A program made the position numbers and the translations under genes. Below are positions 31,196 through 45,551 of a DNA stretch of 64,000 nt, one piece after another. The stretch covers positions 8,826 through 72,825 of the forward strand of contig CANJIM010000003.1 in NCBI GenBank assembly GCA_947474495.1. Direction: 5' to 3'. The stretch comes from Rhodospirillaceae bacterium. Its GTDB lineage: Bacteria; Pseudomonadota; Alphaproteobacteria; SMXQ01. The notes under the pieces are model-generated. The model saw only the letters and a list, made by a program, of their open reading frames with translations. It was not told the origin of the DNA and searched no databases. Positions within the stretch are counted from its first letter, which is position 1. Each line of letters begins with the position of its first letter.

Positions 31196-31271
31196 GGGCG
31201 GTTAGCTCAGCTGGTAGAGCACCACGTTTACACCGTGGCTGTCGGCGGTTCGAACCCGTCACCGCCTACCA
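31196..31271 (+). tRNA. tRNA-Val(UAC)
   Basis: GGGCGGT...CCACG-TTTACAC-CGTGG...ACCGCCT-A-CCA. Confidence 0.97.
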
Positions 31272-31319
31272 ACCCGACCGAATGCGGCATTAGACCGCGG
31301 GGGCAGAGGGAGACGCGAA

Positions 31320-32057
31320 ATGGCCTATACCAGTTGGCGCGGCGTCGTCGGACTGATCAAGCCGACCATGCGGCCGGGCGGCCTTGAAGAGCTCATCCGC
31401 ATGCTGCCGGATGGCGTTTGTACCTTGCCGTTGTTCCTCGACATCCGGCGCGGCACCCAGGACGAGTTCAAGGAGGTGATGGTCCATTACGAGACGGCCA
31501 TCGCCAAGCTCGCCGAGCAGAAGGTCGATCTCATCCATCCCGAGGGAGCGCCGCCTTTCATGGTGCGCGGCTTCAAAGGCGAGCGAAAGCTGCTCGACAA
31601 GTGGGAGAAACAATACAAGACGCCGCTCTTCACCTCGGGCACCAACCATATCGCCGCCCTCAAGGCACTCGGGATCAAGAAGTTCGTCGGCGCGACTTAC
31701 TTCAGCGGCGACATCAACGAGACCTTTGCCGCCTATTTCCGTGATGCCGGCTTTACCGTGCTCGGCATGGAGGGGATCGACGTGCCGTTCGATCAGGTCG
31801 GCAGCCTGTCGCCTCATGAGGTCTACGTCCATATCAAGAAGGCCTTCCTCAAGCAGCCCAAGGCCGAGGCGATCTATATGCTGGGCACCGGCTGGCGCGT
31901 GCTCGAGATGATCGAGACGCTGGAACAGGATCTCGGCGTGCCGGTGATCCATCCGGTTCCGGCACGTTGCTGGGAAATCCAAGCCCGGTTGCATATTCGC
32001 CAACCGGTGCAGGGCTATGGCGCTTTGATCCGCAATCTGCCGCCGCTGCCCGGCTAA
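31320..32057 (+). CDS. Maleate isomerase/arylmalonate decarboxylase (Asp/Glu racemase) superfamily protein
   Basis: GLIKP, ALKALGIKK, YFRDAGF, IETLEQDLGVPVI, GYGAL; catalytic Cys not evident. Confidence 0.82.
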   Translation: MAYTSWRGVVGLIKPTMRPGGLEELIRMLPDGVCTLPLFLDIRRGTQDEFKEVMVHYETAIAKLAEQKVDLIHPEGAPPFMVRGFKGERKLLDKWEKQYKTPLFTSGTNHIAALKALGIKKFVGATYFSGDINETFAAYFRDAGFTVLGMEGIDVPFDQVGSLSPHEVYVHIKKAFLKQPKAEAIYMLGTGWRVLEMIETLEQDLGVPVIHPVPARCWEIQARLHIRQPVQGYGALIRNLPPLPG

Positions 32058-32273
32058 GGCGGTCTGGCAGGGGCCGATAAGCGATTGGACTCGCGAAAAG
32101 ATTCCTCGCGCAAATCGCTCTTTTCCGGCTGGAAGCTTTCTTGACAGGGCAGGGGGTGTGAAGTAAACCAACGCACCCCACGCCGGGCGGCTTTATGCTA
32201 ATTTATTGAGCCTTCGGCGGGGCCGCCCAAGAACCGCTGAAGCGGGCCTTGCCGGCCTCCGTTTCGGGACCAT

Positions 32274-32350
<77 letters not shown>

Positions 32351-32712
32351 CCCGGTTTTCATGTCATTTCGCGCATCAGACTCCCGATAGTCACGGGTGG
32401 TTCGCAGCGCCTGAGAACGGGTCGCCAATCGACGGCGTCGCGCCGCTGTCGCTCTCGCCGCGCGACATCGCAGCGCGTGCCATGCCCTTTTCACTCTCCA
32501 GATCGTCTTGCCGTTCGGATGGCTCTTTGCTGCACCCGCTCGGTGCAAAAAGAGTCAATCTTCACTTCCCTTTAGGCCTCGCTATTCCTATATTCGGCCC
32601 GCTTGAGAACGCCGGAGCGCCCCCTTGTTCCGGACCTTCGCGTGGCTTACCCAACCGCCCCGCGACGACCTCCCAGGCAACGGTTCGAACATCCCCGACG
32701 CGAAGGCCCGGC

Positions 32713-33078
32713 ATGGAAGCCCTGTTGCGCGAATATCTGCCGATTCTGATATTCCTTGGCCTCGCCATGGCCCTGTCCGCCTTGATGGTCGGTGCGTCCT
32801 ACATCGCTGCTCGCCAGCGTCCCGACAAAGAAAAGATCTCGCCGTACGAATGCGGCTTCGACCCGTTCGACGACGCGCGCGGCAAGTTCGACGTGCGCTT
32901 CTATCTGGTCGCCATCCTGTTCATCATCTTCGATCTCGAAGTGGCCTTCCTGTTTCCCTGGGCGGTGACGCTCGGCGAGATTGGCCTGTTCGGCTTCTGG
33001 TCCATGGTGCTGTTCCTCGGCGTGCTGACCATCGGTTTCATCTACGAGTGGAAGAAGGGGGCGCTGGAGTGGGAGTGA
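32713..33078 (+). CDS. nuoA: NADH-quinone oxidoreductase subunit A
   Basis: [30 protein letters not shown]. Confidence 0.97.
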   Translation: MEALLREYLPILIFLGLAMALSALMVGASYIAARQRPDKEKISPYECGFDPFDDARGKFDVRFYLVAILFIIFDLEVAFLFPWAVTLGEIGLFGFWSMVLFLGVLTIGFIYEWKKGALEWE

Positions 33079-33125
33079 GCGGCGCCTAACGCCGCATCGC
33101 AGTCCATTTTGCCCCGGAGAGTCTC

Positions 33126-33683
33126 ATGAGCCTCACGACCACAACGCCGACCTCGATCCTGACGCCCAGCGTCACCACCACGCCCGACCGTGGCGCGGTG
33201 ATGCGCGCCATGGCCGAAGAGGTGCAGAACAAGGGCTTCGTGCTCGCCAAGATGGACCAGGTGGTCAACTGGGCGCGCACCGGCTCGCTGTGGCCGATGA
33301 CCTTCGGTTTGGCCTGCTGCGCCGTCGAGATGATCCAGGCCGCGACCTCGCGCTACGATCTCGACCGCTTCGGCATGCTGTTCCGCCCGAGCCCGCGCCA
33401 GTCCGATGTCATGATCGTCGCCGGCACCTTGTGCAACAAGATGGCCCCGGCGCTGCGCCGCGTGTACGACCAGATGCCGGAACCGCGTTGGGTCGTGTCG
33501 ATGGGCAGCTGCGCCAACGGCGGCGGCTACTATCACTATTCCTATTCCGTCGTGCGCGGCTGCGACCGCATCGTGCCGGTCGACATCTACGTGCCCGGCT
33601 GCCCGCCCACGGCCGAAGCGCTGCTCTATGGCCTGATGCAACTGCAACGTAAGATTCGCCGCACTGGCACGATTGCCCGTTAA
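33126..33683 (+). CDS. nuoB: NADH-quinone oxidoreductase subunit B
   Basis: [26 protein letters not shown]. Confidence 0.97.
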   Translation: MSLTTTTPTSILTPSVTTTPDRGAVMRAMAEEVQNKGFVLAKMDQVVNWARTGSLWPMTFGLACCAVEMIQAATSRYDLDRFGMLFRPSPRQSDVMIVAGTLCNKMAPALRRVYDQMPEPRWVVSMGSCANGGGYYHYSYSVVRGCDRIVPVDIYVPGCPPTAEALLYGLMQLQRKIRRTGTIAR

Positions 33684-33724
33684 AGGGCGCGCGCTTGTTT
33701 TTCTCCTGCCGAGTTCATCCGCCG

Positions 33725-34360
33725 ATGACTGAAGCCCTTCAGGACCTTGCCGACTACGTCACGACCGCCCTCGGCGGCGTGGTGCTGTCGCATGAGATTC
33801 GCCGCGGCGAATTGACCGTGCTGGTCAAGCGCGACGACCTTCCGCGTGTGCTGACCTTCCTGCGCGACGACAGCAACTGCCAGTTCCGCCAGCTGCTCGA
33901 CGTCTGCGGTGTCGACTACCCGGATCGCGAAGAGCGCTTCGATGTCGTCTATCACCTTTTGTCGTTGCGCCAGAATCAGCGCATCCGCGTCAAGGCGACC
34001 GCTGGCGAGTTGACGCCGGTGCCATCCGCCGTGTCGATCTTCAATTCCGCCGGTTGGTGGGAGCGCGAGGCCTGGGACCTCTACGGCATCTATTTCTCGG
34101 GCCATCCGGATCTCCGCCGCATCCTCACCGACTACGGTTTCGAAGGCCATCCGCTGCGCAAGGACTTCCCGCTGACCGGCTTCGTCGAGCTGCGCTATGA
34201 CGACGAACAAAAACGCGTCGTCTATGAGCCGGTGAAGCTGACGCAAGAATTCCGCAGCTTCGATTTCCTCAGTCCGTGGGAAGGCATGCTGCCCGGCGAC
34301 GAAAAAGCCGACGTGCCGCAGACGCCGAATCTGCCGCCTCCGCCCGTCAAGCCGGCCTAA
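33725..34360 (+). CDS. nuoC: NADH-quinone oxidoreductase subunit C
   Basis: [28 protein letters not shown]. Confidence 0.96.
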   Translation: MTEALQDLADYVTTALGGVVLSHEIRRGELTVLVKRDDLPRVLTFLRDDSNCQFRQLLDVCGVDYPDREERFDVVYHLLSLRQNQRIRVKATAGELTPVPSAVSIFNSAGWWEREAWDLYGIYFSGHPDLRRILTDYGFEGHPLRKDFPLTGFVELRYDDEQKRVVYEPVKLTQEFRSFDFLSPWEGMLPGDEKADVPQTPNLPPPPVKPA

Positions 34361-34371
34361 GAGGACATCCC

Positions 34372-35550
34372 ATGGCCGAACATCAGATCCAGAACTTCAC
34401 TTTGAACTTCGGGCCGCAGCATCCGGCGGCTCACGGCGTGTTGCGCCTCGTCCTCGAGATGGACGGCGAAGTGATCGAGCGCGCCGATCCGCATGTCGGC
34501 CTGCTGCATCGCGGCACCGAGAAGCTCATCGAATATAAGACATACCTGCAGGCGGTGCCGTACTTCGACCGTCTCGACTATGTCGCGCCGATGTCGCAGG
34601 AGCACGCCTTCGCGCTGGCCGTCGAGCGGCTGCTCGGTATCGAGGCGCCGATCCGCGCGCAATATATCCGCGTGCTGTTCGCTGAGATCAGCCGGCTGCT
34701 GAACCATCTGCTGAACATCAACAGTTTCGCCATGGACGTCGGCGCGATGACGCCGATGCTGTGGGGCTTTGAAGAGCGCGAAAAGCTAATGGAGTTTTAT
34801 GAGCGCGCGTCGGGCGCGCGACTCCATGCGGCTTATTTCCGTCCCGGCGGCGTGCATCTCGACCTGCCGGTCGGCCTGATCGACGACATCATGACCTTCG
34901 TGGAGAATTTCCCGAAGCACATGCACGACGTCGACACGCTGCTGACCAACAACCGCATTTTCCGCCAGCGCACCGTCGACATCGGCGTCTGCTCTGCCGA
35001 GGACTGCTACGACTGGGGCTTCACCGGTCCGATGCTGCGCGGCTCGGGCGTCGCCTGGGACCTGCGCAAGTCGCAGCCTTACGACGTCTACGACCGGATG
35101 GACTTCGACATCCCCGTCGGCAAGAACGGCGACTGCTTCGACCGCTATCTGGTCCGCATGGAAGAGATGCGCCAGAGCCTGCGCATCATCCGCCAATGTT
35201 GCGAGCAGATGCCCGAAGGCCCGGTCATGGTTGAGAACAACAAGATCGCGCCGCCCAAGCGCGCCGAGATGAAGCGCTCGATGGAAGCGCTGATCCATCA
35301 CTTCAAGCTCTACACCGAGGGCTATCACGTGCCGGCCGGCGAAATTTACGCCGCCGTCGAAGCGCCCAAGGGCGAGTTCGGCGTCTATGTCGTCTCCGAC
35401 GGCAGCAATAAGCCCTACCGCTGCAAGATTCGCGCGCCGGGCTTCGCCCATCTGCAGGGCCTCGACTTCCTCTCGAAAGGGCACATGCTGGCGGACGTCG
35501 TCGCCATCATCGGCTCTCTCGACATCGTGTTCGGCGAGATCGATCGATGA
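34372..35550 (+). CDS. nuoD: NADH-quinone oxidoreductase subunit D
   Basis: [30 protein letters not shown]. Confidence 0.97.
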   Translation: MAEHQIQNFTLNFGPQHPAAHGVLRLVLEMDGEVIERADPHVGLLHRGTEKLIEYKTYLQAVPYFDRLDYVAPMSQEHAFALAVERLLGIEAPIRAQYIRVLFAEISRLLNHLLNINSFAMDVGAMTPMLWGFEEREKLMEFYERASGARLHAAYFRPGGVHLDLPVGLIDDIMTFVENFPKHMHDVDTLLTNNRIFRQRTVDIGVCSAEDCYDWGFTGPMLRGSGVAWDLRKSQPYDVYDRMDFDIPVGKNGDCFDRYLVRMEEMRQSLRIIRQCCEQMPEGPVMVENNKIAPPKRAEMKRSMEALIHHFKLYTEGYHVPAGEIYAAVEAPKGEFGVYVVSDGSNKPYRCKIRAPGFAHLQGLDFLSKGHMLADVVAIIGSLDIVFGEIDR

Positions 35551-36170
35551 GCGTATCCAACGAAAACCGTCCCGTCGCGCAAGGCGCGCCGTTCGTCTTC
35601 AACGAGGAGATGAAGGCGAAGGCGGACATGCATATCGCCAAATATCCGGCGGGCCGCCAGCAGAGCGCGGTGATGCCGCTGCTCGACCTAGCGCAACGCC
35701 AGAACGGCGGCTGGCTCAGCAAGGAGGCGCTCGCCCATGTGGCGGACGTGCTCGGCATGCCGGTGATGCGCGTTTATGAAGTCGCCAGCTTCTACACCAT
35801 GTACAACCTCGCGCCGGTCGGCCGTCACTTCGTGCAGGTTTGCACGACGACGCCTTGCTGGCTGCGCGGCTCGGCTGACGTGGTCGCCGCTTGCGAAAAG
35901 CATCTCGGCATCGGTGTCGGCGAGACGACGCCGGACGGCCAGTTCACGCTGCGCGAAGTCGAATGCCTCGGCGCCTGCGTCAATGCGCCGGTGGTGCAGG
36001 TCGCCGACGATTATTACGAAGACGTCGCCGCGACTCATGTGCCCGGCCTGCTCGATGCGCTGAAGCGCGGCGAGACGCCGAAGGCGGGTTCACTGATCGG
36101 CCGCCAGACCTCCGCGCCCGAAGGCGGCGCGCTGACCCTTAAAGACATTCCCGCGAAGCAGGGCGCCTAA
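35547..36170 (+). CDS. nuoE: NADH-quinone oxidoreductase subunit E
   Basis: [23 protein letters not shown]. Confidence 0.96.
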   Translation: MSVSNENRPVAQGAPFVFNEEMKAKADMHIAKYPAGRQQSAVMPLLDLAQRQNGGWLSKEALAHVADVLGMPVMRVYEVASFYTMYNLAPVGRHFVQVCTTTPCWLRGSADVVAACEKHLGIGVGETTPDGQFTLREVECLGACVNAPVVQVADDYYEDVAATHVPGLLDALKRGETPKAGSLIGRQTSAPEGGALTLKDIPAKQGA

Positions 36171-36172
36171 TC

Positions 36173-37465
<1,293 letters not shown>

Positions 37466-37474
37466 GGGAGCGTC

Positions 37475-39535
37475 ATGCCCAAAGTCACAGTCGACGGCAC
37501 CGAAGTCGAAATCCAGGCGGGCAGCACCGTGCTGCAGGCCTGCGAGGTCGCCGGCGTCGAAATTCCGCGCTTCTGCTACCATGAGCGCCTGTCCATTGCC
37601 GGCAATTGCCGCATGTGCCTGGTCGAGGTCGAGAAGTCGCCCAAGCCGGTGGCGTCCTGCGCCATGCCGGTCAACGAAGGCATGGTGATCAAGACCGACA
37701 CGCCCATGGTGCATAAGGCGCGCAAGGGCGTGATGGAGATGCTGCTCATCAACCATCCGCTCGATTGCCCAATCTGCGATCAGGGCGGCGAGTGCGATCT
37801 GCAGGACCAGGCGCTCGGCTACGGCTTCGACAAGTCGCGCTACGAAGAGAACAAGCGCGCCGTGAAGGACAAGGACTTCGGTCCACTGATCGAGACGCAC
37901 ATGACGCGCTGTATCCATTGCACGCGCTGTATCCGTTTCAGCACCGAAGTCGCCGGCGTGCCAGACATCGGCGCCATCGGCCGCGGCGAGCATATGGAGA
38001 TCACCACCTATCTCGACGCCGCCGTCGGCTCCGAGATGTCGGGCAACGTCATCGACCTCTGCCCGGTCGGCGCGCTGACCTCGAAGCCCTACGCCTTCGT
38101 CGCGCGCCCGTGGGAATTGAAGAAGACCGAATCGATCGACGTCATGGACGCGGTCGGCAGCAACATCCGCATCGACGCGCGCGGCCCCGAAGTGCTGCGC
38201 GTCCTGCCGCGCCTCAACGAGGACGTGAACGAAGAGTGGATTTCCGACAAGACCCGCTTCGCCTATGACGGCTTGAAGCGCCAGCGTCTCGATCGTCCGT
38301 ATTTGCGCGAGAACGGCAAGCTGCGCGAAGCGAGCTGGGATGAAGTGTTCCTCGCGGTCTCCGCCAAGCTGAAATCGACGGCGGGCGACAAGATCGCCGC
38401 TATCGCCGGCGATCTTGTTGACGCCGAATCGATGTATGCGCTGAAGGAGCTGCTCGGCTCCCTCGGCGCCAAGAGCCTCGATTGCCGCCAGGACGGCGCC
38501 AAGCTCGACGCCACGTCGCGCGCCTCTTACATCTTCAACAGCGGCATCGCCGGCATCGAACAGGCCGACGTCGTGCTGCTGATCGGCAGCAACCCGCGCT
38601 TCGAGGCGCCGATCGTCAACGCTCGCCTGCGCAAGCGCTACCTGATGGGCGGTTTCAAGATCGCGTCCGTCGGTCCGGCGCTCGATCTCAGCTTCCCGGT
38701 CGAAAGCCTCGGCGCCGGTCCGCAGACGCTGGGCGATCTGGCCGCCGGCAAGCATGGCTTCGCCGAAACCCTCAAGGCCGCCAAGAACCCGATGATCATC
38801 GTCGGTCAGGGCGCGCTCGCCCGCGCTGACGGCGCCGCCGTGCTCGCCGCCGCGCGCAAGCTGGCGGACGCTGCTGGCGTCGTGAAGGACGGCTGGAACG
38901 GCTTCAACGTGCTGCACACTGCCGCCGCCCGTGTCGGTGGCCTCGATCTCGGCTTCGTGCCAGGGCAGGGCGGCAAGGATGTCGCCGGCATTCTCGAGGG
39001 CGCGCAGTCGGGCGCCATCGAGGTTGTCTATCTGCTTGGCGCCGACGAGATCGACAACAGCAAGCTCGGCAAGGCCTTCGTCATCTACCAGGGCCACCAC
39101 GGCGATGCCGGCGCGCACCGCGCCGATGTCATCCTGCCGGGCGCGGCCTATACGGAAAAAGACGGCACCTACGTCAACACCGAGGGCCGCGTGCAGCGCG
39201 CTAAGCGCGCGGCGTTCCCGCTTGGCGAGGCGCGGGAGGATTGGAAGATCATCCGCGCGCTCTCCCAGGTGATCGGCAAGACCCTGCCGTTCGACACGAT
39301 CCAGCAGTTGCGCGCCAAGCTCGCCGCCGCTCATCCGACCTTTGCCACGCTTGATGCGCTCGCACCGGCGGCCTGGGGCGCGTTCGGCCAAGAGGGCGCG
39401 ATGGACGGCGCGGCTTTCCGCGCGCCGATCACGAACTTCTACATGACGGATCCGATCTCTCGTTCATCCGTCACGATGGCGAAATGCGCCGAGGTGCAGT
39501 CCTCGCGCGCCAAGGATACCGGCACCCATGGCTGA
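37475..39535 (+). CDS. nuoG: NADH-quinone oxidoreductase subunit G
   Basis: [32 protein letters not shown]. Confidence 0.97.
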   Translation: MPKVTVDGTEVEIQAGSTVLQACEVAGVEIPRFCYHERLSIAGNCRMCLVEVEKSPKPVASCAMPVNEGMVIKTDTPMVHKARKGVMEMLLINHPLDCPICDQGGECDLQDQALGYGFDKSRYEENKRAVKDKDFGPLIETHMTRCIHCTRCIRFSTEVAGVPDIGAIGRGEHMEITTYLDAAVGSEMSGNVIDLCPVGALTSKPYAFVARPWELKKTESIDVMDAVGSNIRIDARGPEVLRVLPRLNEDVNEEWISDKTRFAYDGLKRQRLDRPYLRENGKLREASWDEVFLAVSAKLKSTAGDKIAAIAGDLVDAESMYALKELLGSLGAKSLDCRQDGAKLDATSRASYIFNSGIAGIEQADVVLLIGSNPRFEAPIVNARLRKRYLMGGFKIASVGPALDLSFPVESLGAGPQTLGDLAAGKHGFAETLKAAKNPMIIVGQGALARADGAAVLAAARKLADAAGVVKDGWNGFNVLHTAAARVGGLDLGFVPGQGGKDVAGILEGAQSGAIEVVYLLGADEIDNSKLGKAFVIYQGHHGDAGAHRADVILPGAAYTEKDGTYVNTEGRVQRAKRAAFPLGEAREDWKIIRALSQVIGKTLPFDTIQQLRAKLAAAHPTFATLDALAPAAWGAFGQEGAMDGAAFRAPITNFYMTDPISRSSVTMAKCAEVQSSRAKDTGTHG

Positions 39536-40550
39536 GCTCTGGACCTCTTACGGTTGGCCGACGCTGCTAATTCTGCTGCAGATCGCCGCCATTCTCGTGC
39601 CGCTGTTGGTGGCGGTCGCTTACCTGACCTATGCCGAGCGCCGGGTCATTGGCGCCATGCAGATCCGCAAGGGCCCCAACGTTGTCGGCCCCTTCGGCTT
39701 GCTGCAGCCCTTCGCCGACGCCGTGAAGCTGATCTTCAAGGAAACCGTGCTGCCCGCCGGCGCCAACAAGGTCGTCTTCATCATGGCGCCGATGTTGACC
39801 TTCACCTTGAGCCTCGTCGCCTGGGCGGTGATCCCGTTCGACGATGGCATGGTGCTCGCCAACATCAATGTCGGCGTGCTGTACCTGTTCGCCATCTCGT
39901 CGCTCGGCGTCTACGGCATCATTATGGCCGGCTGGGCGTCGAACTCGAAATACGCCTTCCTCGGCGCGCTGCGCTCTGCCGCGCAGATGGTATCCTACGA
40001 AGTCTCGATCGGCTTTGTCATGATCACCGTGCTGCTCTGCGTCGGTTCGTTGAACCTGTCGGACGTCGTGCGCGCCCAGCAGCATGGCGTCTGGTTCTCC
40101 CTGCCATTGCTGCCGATGTTTGTCATCTTCTTCATCTCGGCCCTGGCCGAGACCAATCGCTCGCCGTTCGATCTCGTCGAGGCGGAAGCCGAACTGGTCG
40201 CAGGCTACAACGTCGAATATTCGTCGATGGCCTTCGGCCTCTTCATGCTCGGCGAATACGCCAACATGATCCTGATGAGCGGCATCACGACGATCCTGTT
40301 CCTTGGTGGCTGGCTGCCGCCGCTGGACATCGCGCCGTTCAATTGGATTCCGGGGCCGATCTGGTTCGCCCTGAAGATTTCGCTGCTGCTGTTCGTGTTC
40401 CTCTGGGTGCGCGCGACCATGCCGCGCTATCGCTACGACCAGTTGATGCGCCTCGGCTGGAAAGTGTTCCTGCCGTTCTCGCTATTCTGGGTCGTATTGA
40501 CCGCCGGCGTGCTGCTCGCTTTCGGCTGGCTGCCGGGCAAGGGGATCTGA
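39528..40550 (+). CDS. nuoH: NADH-quinone oxidoreductase subunit H
   Basis: [34 protein letters not shown]. Confidence 0.97.
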   Translation: MAELWTSYGWPTLLILLQIAAILVPLLVAVAYLTYAERRVIGAMQIRKGPNVVGPFGLLQPFADAVKLIFKETVLPAGANKVVFIMAPMLTFTLSLVAWAVIPFDDGMVLANINVGVLYLFAISSLGVYGIIMAGWASNSKYAFLGALRSAAQMVSYEVSIGFVMITVLLCVGSLNLSDVVRAQQHGVWFSLPLLPMFVIFFISALAETNRSPFDLVEAEAELVAGYNVEYSSMAFGLFMLGEYANMILMSGITTILFLGGWLPPLDIAPFNWIPGPIWFALKISLLLFVFLWVRATMPRYRYDQLMRLGWKVFLPFSLFWVVLTAGVLLAFGWLPGKGI

Positions 40551-40552
40551 CC

Positions 40553-41041
40553 ATGGCCTTTCTCGATCGTTCCGCCCGCACGCTGTTCCTTTGGGAAATC
40601 GGCGTCGGCCTGGCCAAGACCTTCAGCTACATGTTCAAGCGCAAGGTCACGATCAACTACCCGTATGAAAAGGGCCCGCTCAGCACGCGCTTCCGCGGCG
40701 AGCATGCGCTGCGCCGCTATCCGAACGGCGAAGAGCGCTGCATCGCCTGCAAGCTGTGCGAGGCGATCTGCCCGGCCCAGGCCATCACCATCGAGGCCGA
40801 GCCGCGTGTCGACGGCAGCCGACGCACCACGCGCTACGACATCGATATGACCAAATGCATCTACTGCGGCCTGTGCGAAGAAGCCTGCCCGGTGGACGCC
40901 ATCGTCGAGGGGCCGAATTTCGAGTTCGCCACCGAGACGCGCGAAGAGCTGATGTACAACAAAGACAAATTGCTGGCGAACGGCGAGCGGTGGGAGGCGG
41001 AGATCGCCAACCGCCTGACCGCCGAAGCGCCCTACCGCTGA
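40553..41041 (+). CDS. nuoI: NADH-quinone oxidoreductase subunit I
   Basis: [12 protein letters not shown] and [12 protein letters not shown]; true start MAFLD lies inside the long track ORF. Confidence 0.97.
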   Translation: MAFLDRSARTLFLWEIGVGLAKTFSYMFKRKVTINYPYEKGPLSTRFRGEHALRRYPNGEERCIACKLCEAICPAQAITIEAEPRVDGSRRTTRYDIDMTKCIYCGLCEEACPVDAIVEGPNFEFATETREELMYNKDKLLANGERWEAEIANRLTAEAPYR

Positions 41042-41146
41042 GACGCGGCCGGGATCCGAAGGGGACGAGCGTGACTATTCATTTCCATTGCGCCGCTGCG
41101 CGTCATTTCCAACGCGCCGCTGCGCGCCGCAGCAAGGGCTGAGCCG

Positions 41147-41761
41147 ATGATCGTTCAGGCGCTCGCCTTCTATCTGTTCGCCGCCGTAGCCATCGCCTCG
41201 GGGGTGATGGTTATCGCCGCGCGCAATCCGGTGCATTCCGTGCTGTTCCTGATCCTCGCCTTCTTCAATGCGGCGGGGCTGTTCGTGCTGATGGGCGCCG
41301 AGTTCATCGCCATGATCCTGGTGATCGTCTATGTCGGCGCCGTCGCCGTGCTGTTCTTGTTCGTCGTCATGATGCTCGACATCAATTTCGTCGAGCTGCG
41401 CCAGGGCTTCCTGCAATATCTGCCGATCGGCGGGCTGATCGGGGTGATCCTGCTGGTCGAACTGCTGTTCGTCTTCGCCAGCTGGGCGGCCTTGCCCACC
41501 GCCGGCACGCTCATCTCGGCCCCCATCCCGGCGGCGGAGGCGGTGAGCAATACCCGCGCTCTCGGCCGGCTGCTCTACACGAACTACGTCTATCTATTCC
41601 AGGCCTCTGGCATGGTCCTGCTGGTGGCCATGATCGGCGCCATCGTGCTCACGCTTCGCACCCGCGAGGGCGTGCGCCGCCAGAGCATCTCCAAGCAGAT
41701 CGGCCGCTCGGTCGAGGACAGCGTCGAGATCAAGAAGGTCGAGACGGGGAAGGGCATCTGA
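41147..41761 (+). CDS. nuoJ: NADH-quinone oxidoreductase subunit J
   Basis: [22 protein letters not shown]. Confidence 0.96.
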   Translation: MIVQALAFYLFAAVAIASGVMVIAARNPVHSVLFLILAFFNAAGLFVLMGAEFIAMILVIVYVGAVAVLFLFVVMMLDINFVELRQGFLQYLPIGGLIGVILLVELLFVFASWAALPTAGTLISAPIPAAEAVSNTRALGRLLYTNYVYLFQASGMVLLVAMIGAIVLTLRTREGVRRQSISKQIGRSVEDSVEIKKVETGKGI

Positions 41762-41762
41762 G

Positions 41763-42071
41763 ATGGTCATCACGCTCGCCCATTATCTTAGCGTCGCCGC
41801 CGTGCTCTTTACGCTCGGCGTCTTCGGCATTTTCCTCAACCGCAAGAACGTCATCATCATCCTGATGTCGGTCGAACTGATGCTGCTCGCCGTCAACATC
41901 AACCTGGTGGCCTTCTCGACCCATCTCGGCGATCTGGTCGGCCAGATCTTCGCGATGTTCGTCCTCACGGTGGCGGCAGCGGAGGCGGCCATCGGCCTCG
42001 CCATCCTCGTCGTCTATTTCCGCAACCGCGGCTCGATCGCGGTTGAGGACATCAACATGATGAAGGGCTAG
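41763..42071 (+). CDS. nuoK: NADH-quinone oxidoreductase subunit K
   Basis: [17 protein letters not shown]. Confidence 0.96.
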   Translation: MVITLAHYLSVAAVLFTLGVFGIFLNRKNVIIILMSVELMLLAVNINLVAFSTHLGDLVGQIFAMFVLTVAAAEAAIGLAILVVYFRNRGSIAVEDINMMKG

Positions 42072-42080
42072 GGCAGGGCC

Positions 42081-44009
42081 ATGTATTCCGCCGCCATTTT
42101 TCTGCCCCTGGTCGGGGCGATCATCGCCGGTCTGTTCGGCCGCATCATCGGTGACCGCGGGTCGCAAATCGTCACCTGCATCTGCCTGCTGACCTCGGCC
42201 GTTCTGGCCGTGCCGATCTTCTATCAGGTCGCCATCCTCGGCCACGCGCGCGACATTCAGGTGCTGCAGTGGATTTCGTCGGGCGCGCTGGAGGCCTCCT
42301 GGGCGCTGCGCTTCGATTCCTTAAGCGCCGTCATGCTTTGCGTTGTCACTTGGGTTTCGTCGGCGGTGCATGTCTATTCGGTCGGCTATATGTCGCACGA
42401 CAAGTCGATCCCGCGCTTCATGGCCTACCTTTCGCTCTTCACCTTTATGATGCTCATGCTGGTGACGGCGGACAATTTCGTGCAGATGTTCTTCGGCTGG
42501 GAAGGCGTCGGCGTCGCCTCTTACCTGCTGATCGGCTTCTGGTACGAGAAGCCCTCGGCCAACGCGGCAGCGATCAAGGCCTTCGTGGTCAACCGCGTCG
42601 GCGACTTTGGCTTCGCCCTCGGCATCATGGCGACGTTCTTCCTCTACAACAGCGTCAGCTTCGACGCCGTGTTCGAGGCGACGCCGGGCATGACCTCGAC
42701 TTATCTCGACTTCGTCGGCCTGCAAATTCCCGCTCTGACGCTGATCTGCCTGCTGCTCTTCATCGGCGCCATGGGCAAGTCGGCGCAGCTCGGCCTGCAC
42801 ACCTGGCTGCCCGACGCCATGGAAGGCCCGACGCCGGTCTCCGCGCTCATCCATGCCGCCACCATGGTGACGGCCGGCGTCTTCATGGTCTGCCGCCTGT
42901 CGCCGATGTTCGAATTCTCCGAGACGGCACTGACCACAGTGACGATCGTCGGCGCGACAACGGCGATCTTCGCCGCCACCGTCGGCCTGGTGCAGAACGA
43001 CATCAAGCGCGTCATCGCCTATTCGACCTGCTCGCAGCTCGGCTACATGTTCTTCGCCGCCGGCGTGTCGGCCTATCCGGCCGCCATGTTCCACCTGACG
43101 ACGCATGCCTTCTTCAAGGCGCTGCTGTTCTTGGGCGCCGGCTCGGTAATCCACGCCATGTCCAACGAGCAGGACATGCGCAAGATGGGCGGCATCTTCA
43201 AGCTGATCCCCGTCACCTATTTCCTAATGTGGATCGGCTCGCTGGCGCTGGCCGGCATCCCGTTCTTCGCCGGCTACTGGTCGAAGGACATGGTGCTCGA
43301 AGCTGCTTGGGCCTCGGGCAGTTCGTCCGGCCACTACGCCTTCTGGCTCGGCGTCATCGCCGCCCTGCTGACAGCCTTCTATTCCTGGCGTCTGCTGCTG
43401 ATGACGTTCCACGGCAAGCCGCGCGCCGATCATCATGTCATGAGTCATGTGCATGAGAGTCCTTACTCCATGCTGATTCCGATGATGGCGCTGGCCGTCG
43501 GCGCGATCTTCGCCGGTTGGGGGCTCTACGAGCACTTCGTCGGCGAGGGCATGGAAGCATTCTGGGGCAAGGCGATCTTCATCGCTGAAAACCATCATGC
43601 CCTGCATGACGCGCACCATGTGCCGCTATGGGTCAAGCTGGCGCCGCTCGTCGTCGCCATCCTCGGCATCGCGGCGGCCTACTGGGCCTATCTCATCCGA
43701 CCGGGCATCCCGGCCGCGATGGCGCGCGAGATGCGCGGTCTCTACCTGTTCCTGTTGAACAAGTGGTACTTCGACGAGCTGTACGATTTCCTCTTCGTCC
43801 GCCCGGCCAAGCGCTTTGGCGCGTTCCTGTGGAAACAGGGCGACGGCACGGTGATCGACGGCTTCGGCCCCAACGGCATCGCCGCCGGCACGGTTATTCT
43901 GGCGCGTCGCGCCAGCCGCCTGCAGACCGGCTATGTCTACCATTATGCCTTTGCCATGCTGATCGGCGTCGCCGCCTTCGTCAGCTGGTACCTCTTCGCG
44001 CGCGGGTAA
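42081..44009 (+). CDS. nuoL: NADH-quinone oxidoreductase subunit L
   Basis: [27 protein letters not shown]. Confidence 0.97.
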   Translation: MYSAAIFLPLVGAIIAGLFGRIIGDRGSQIVTCICLLTSAVLAVPIFYQVAILGHARDIQVLQWISSGALEASWALRFDSLSAVMLCVVTWVSSAVHVYSVGYMSHDKSIPRFMAYLSLFTFMMLMLVTADNFVQMFFGWEGVGVASYLLIGFWYEKPSANAAAIKAFVVNRVGDFGFALGIMATFFLYNSVSFDAVFEATPGMTSTYLDFVGLQIPALTLICLLLFIGAMGKSAQLGLHTWLPDAMEGPTPVSALIHAATMVTAGVFMVCRLSPMFEFSETALTTVTIVGATTAIFAATVGLVQNDIKRVIAYSTCSQLGYMFFAAGVSAYPAAMFHLTTHAFFKALLFLGAGSVIHAMSNEQDMRKMGGIFKLIPVTYFLMWIGSLALAGIPFFAGYWSKDMVLEAAWASGSSSGHYAFWLGVIAALLTAFYSWRLLLMTFHGKPRADHHVMSHVHESPYSMLIPMMALAVGAIFAGWGLYEHFVGEGMEAFWGKAIFIAENHHALHDAHHVPLWVKLAPLVVAILGIAAAYWAYLIRPGIPAAMAREMRGLYLFLLNKWYFDELYDFLFVRPAKRFGAFLWKQGDGTVIDGFGPNGIAAGTVILARRASRLQTGYVYHYAFAMLIGVAAFVSWYLFARG

Positions 44010-44019
44010 GAAGAACGTC

Positions 44020-45534
<1,515 letters not shown>

Positions 45535-45551
45535 GTGAGGGGCAAGCCGGC

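Noticed and set aside
32430-32480. RegA/PrrA-like GCGNC...GNCGC motifs before nuoA
   Set aside because: Too degenerate to distinguish from background in GC-rich DNA
39554-40552. Apparent 495-aa NuoI with a long N-terminal extension
   Set aside because: The extension is an alternative frame of nuoH; real NuoI starts at 40553 after an RBS
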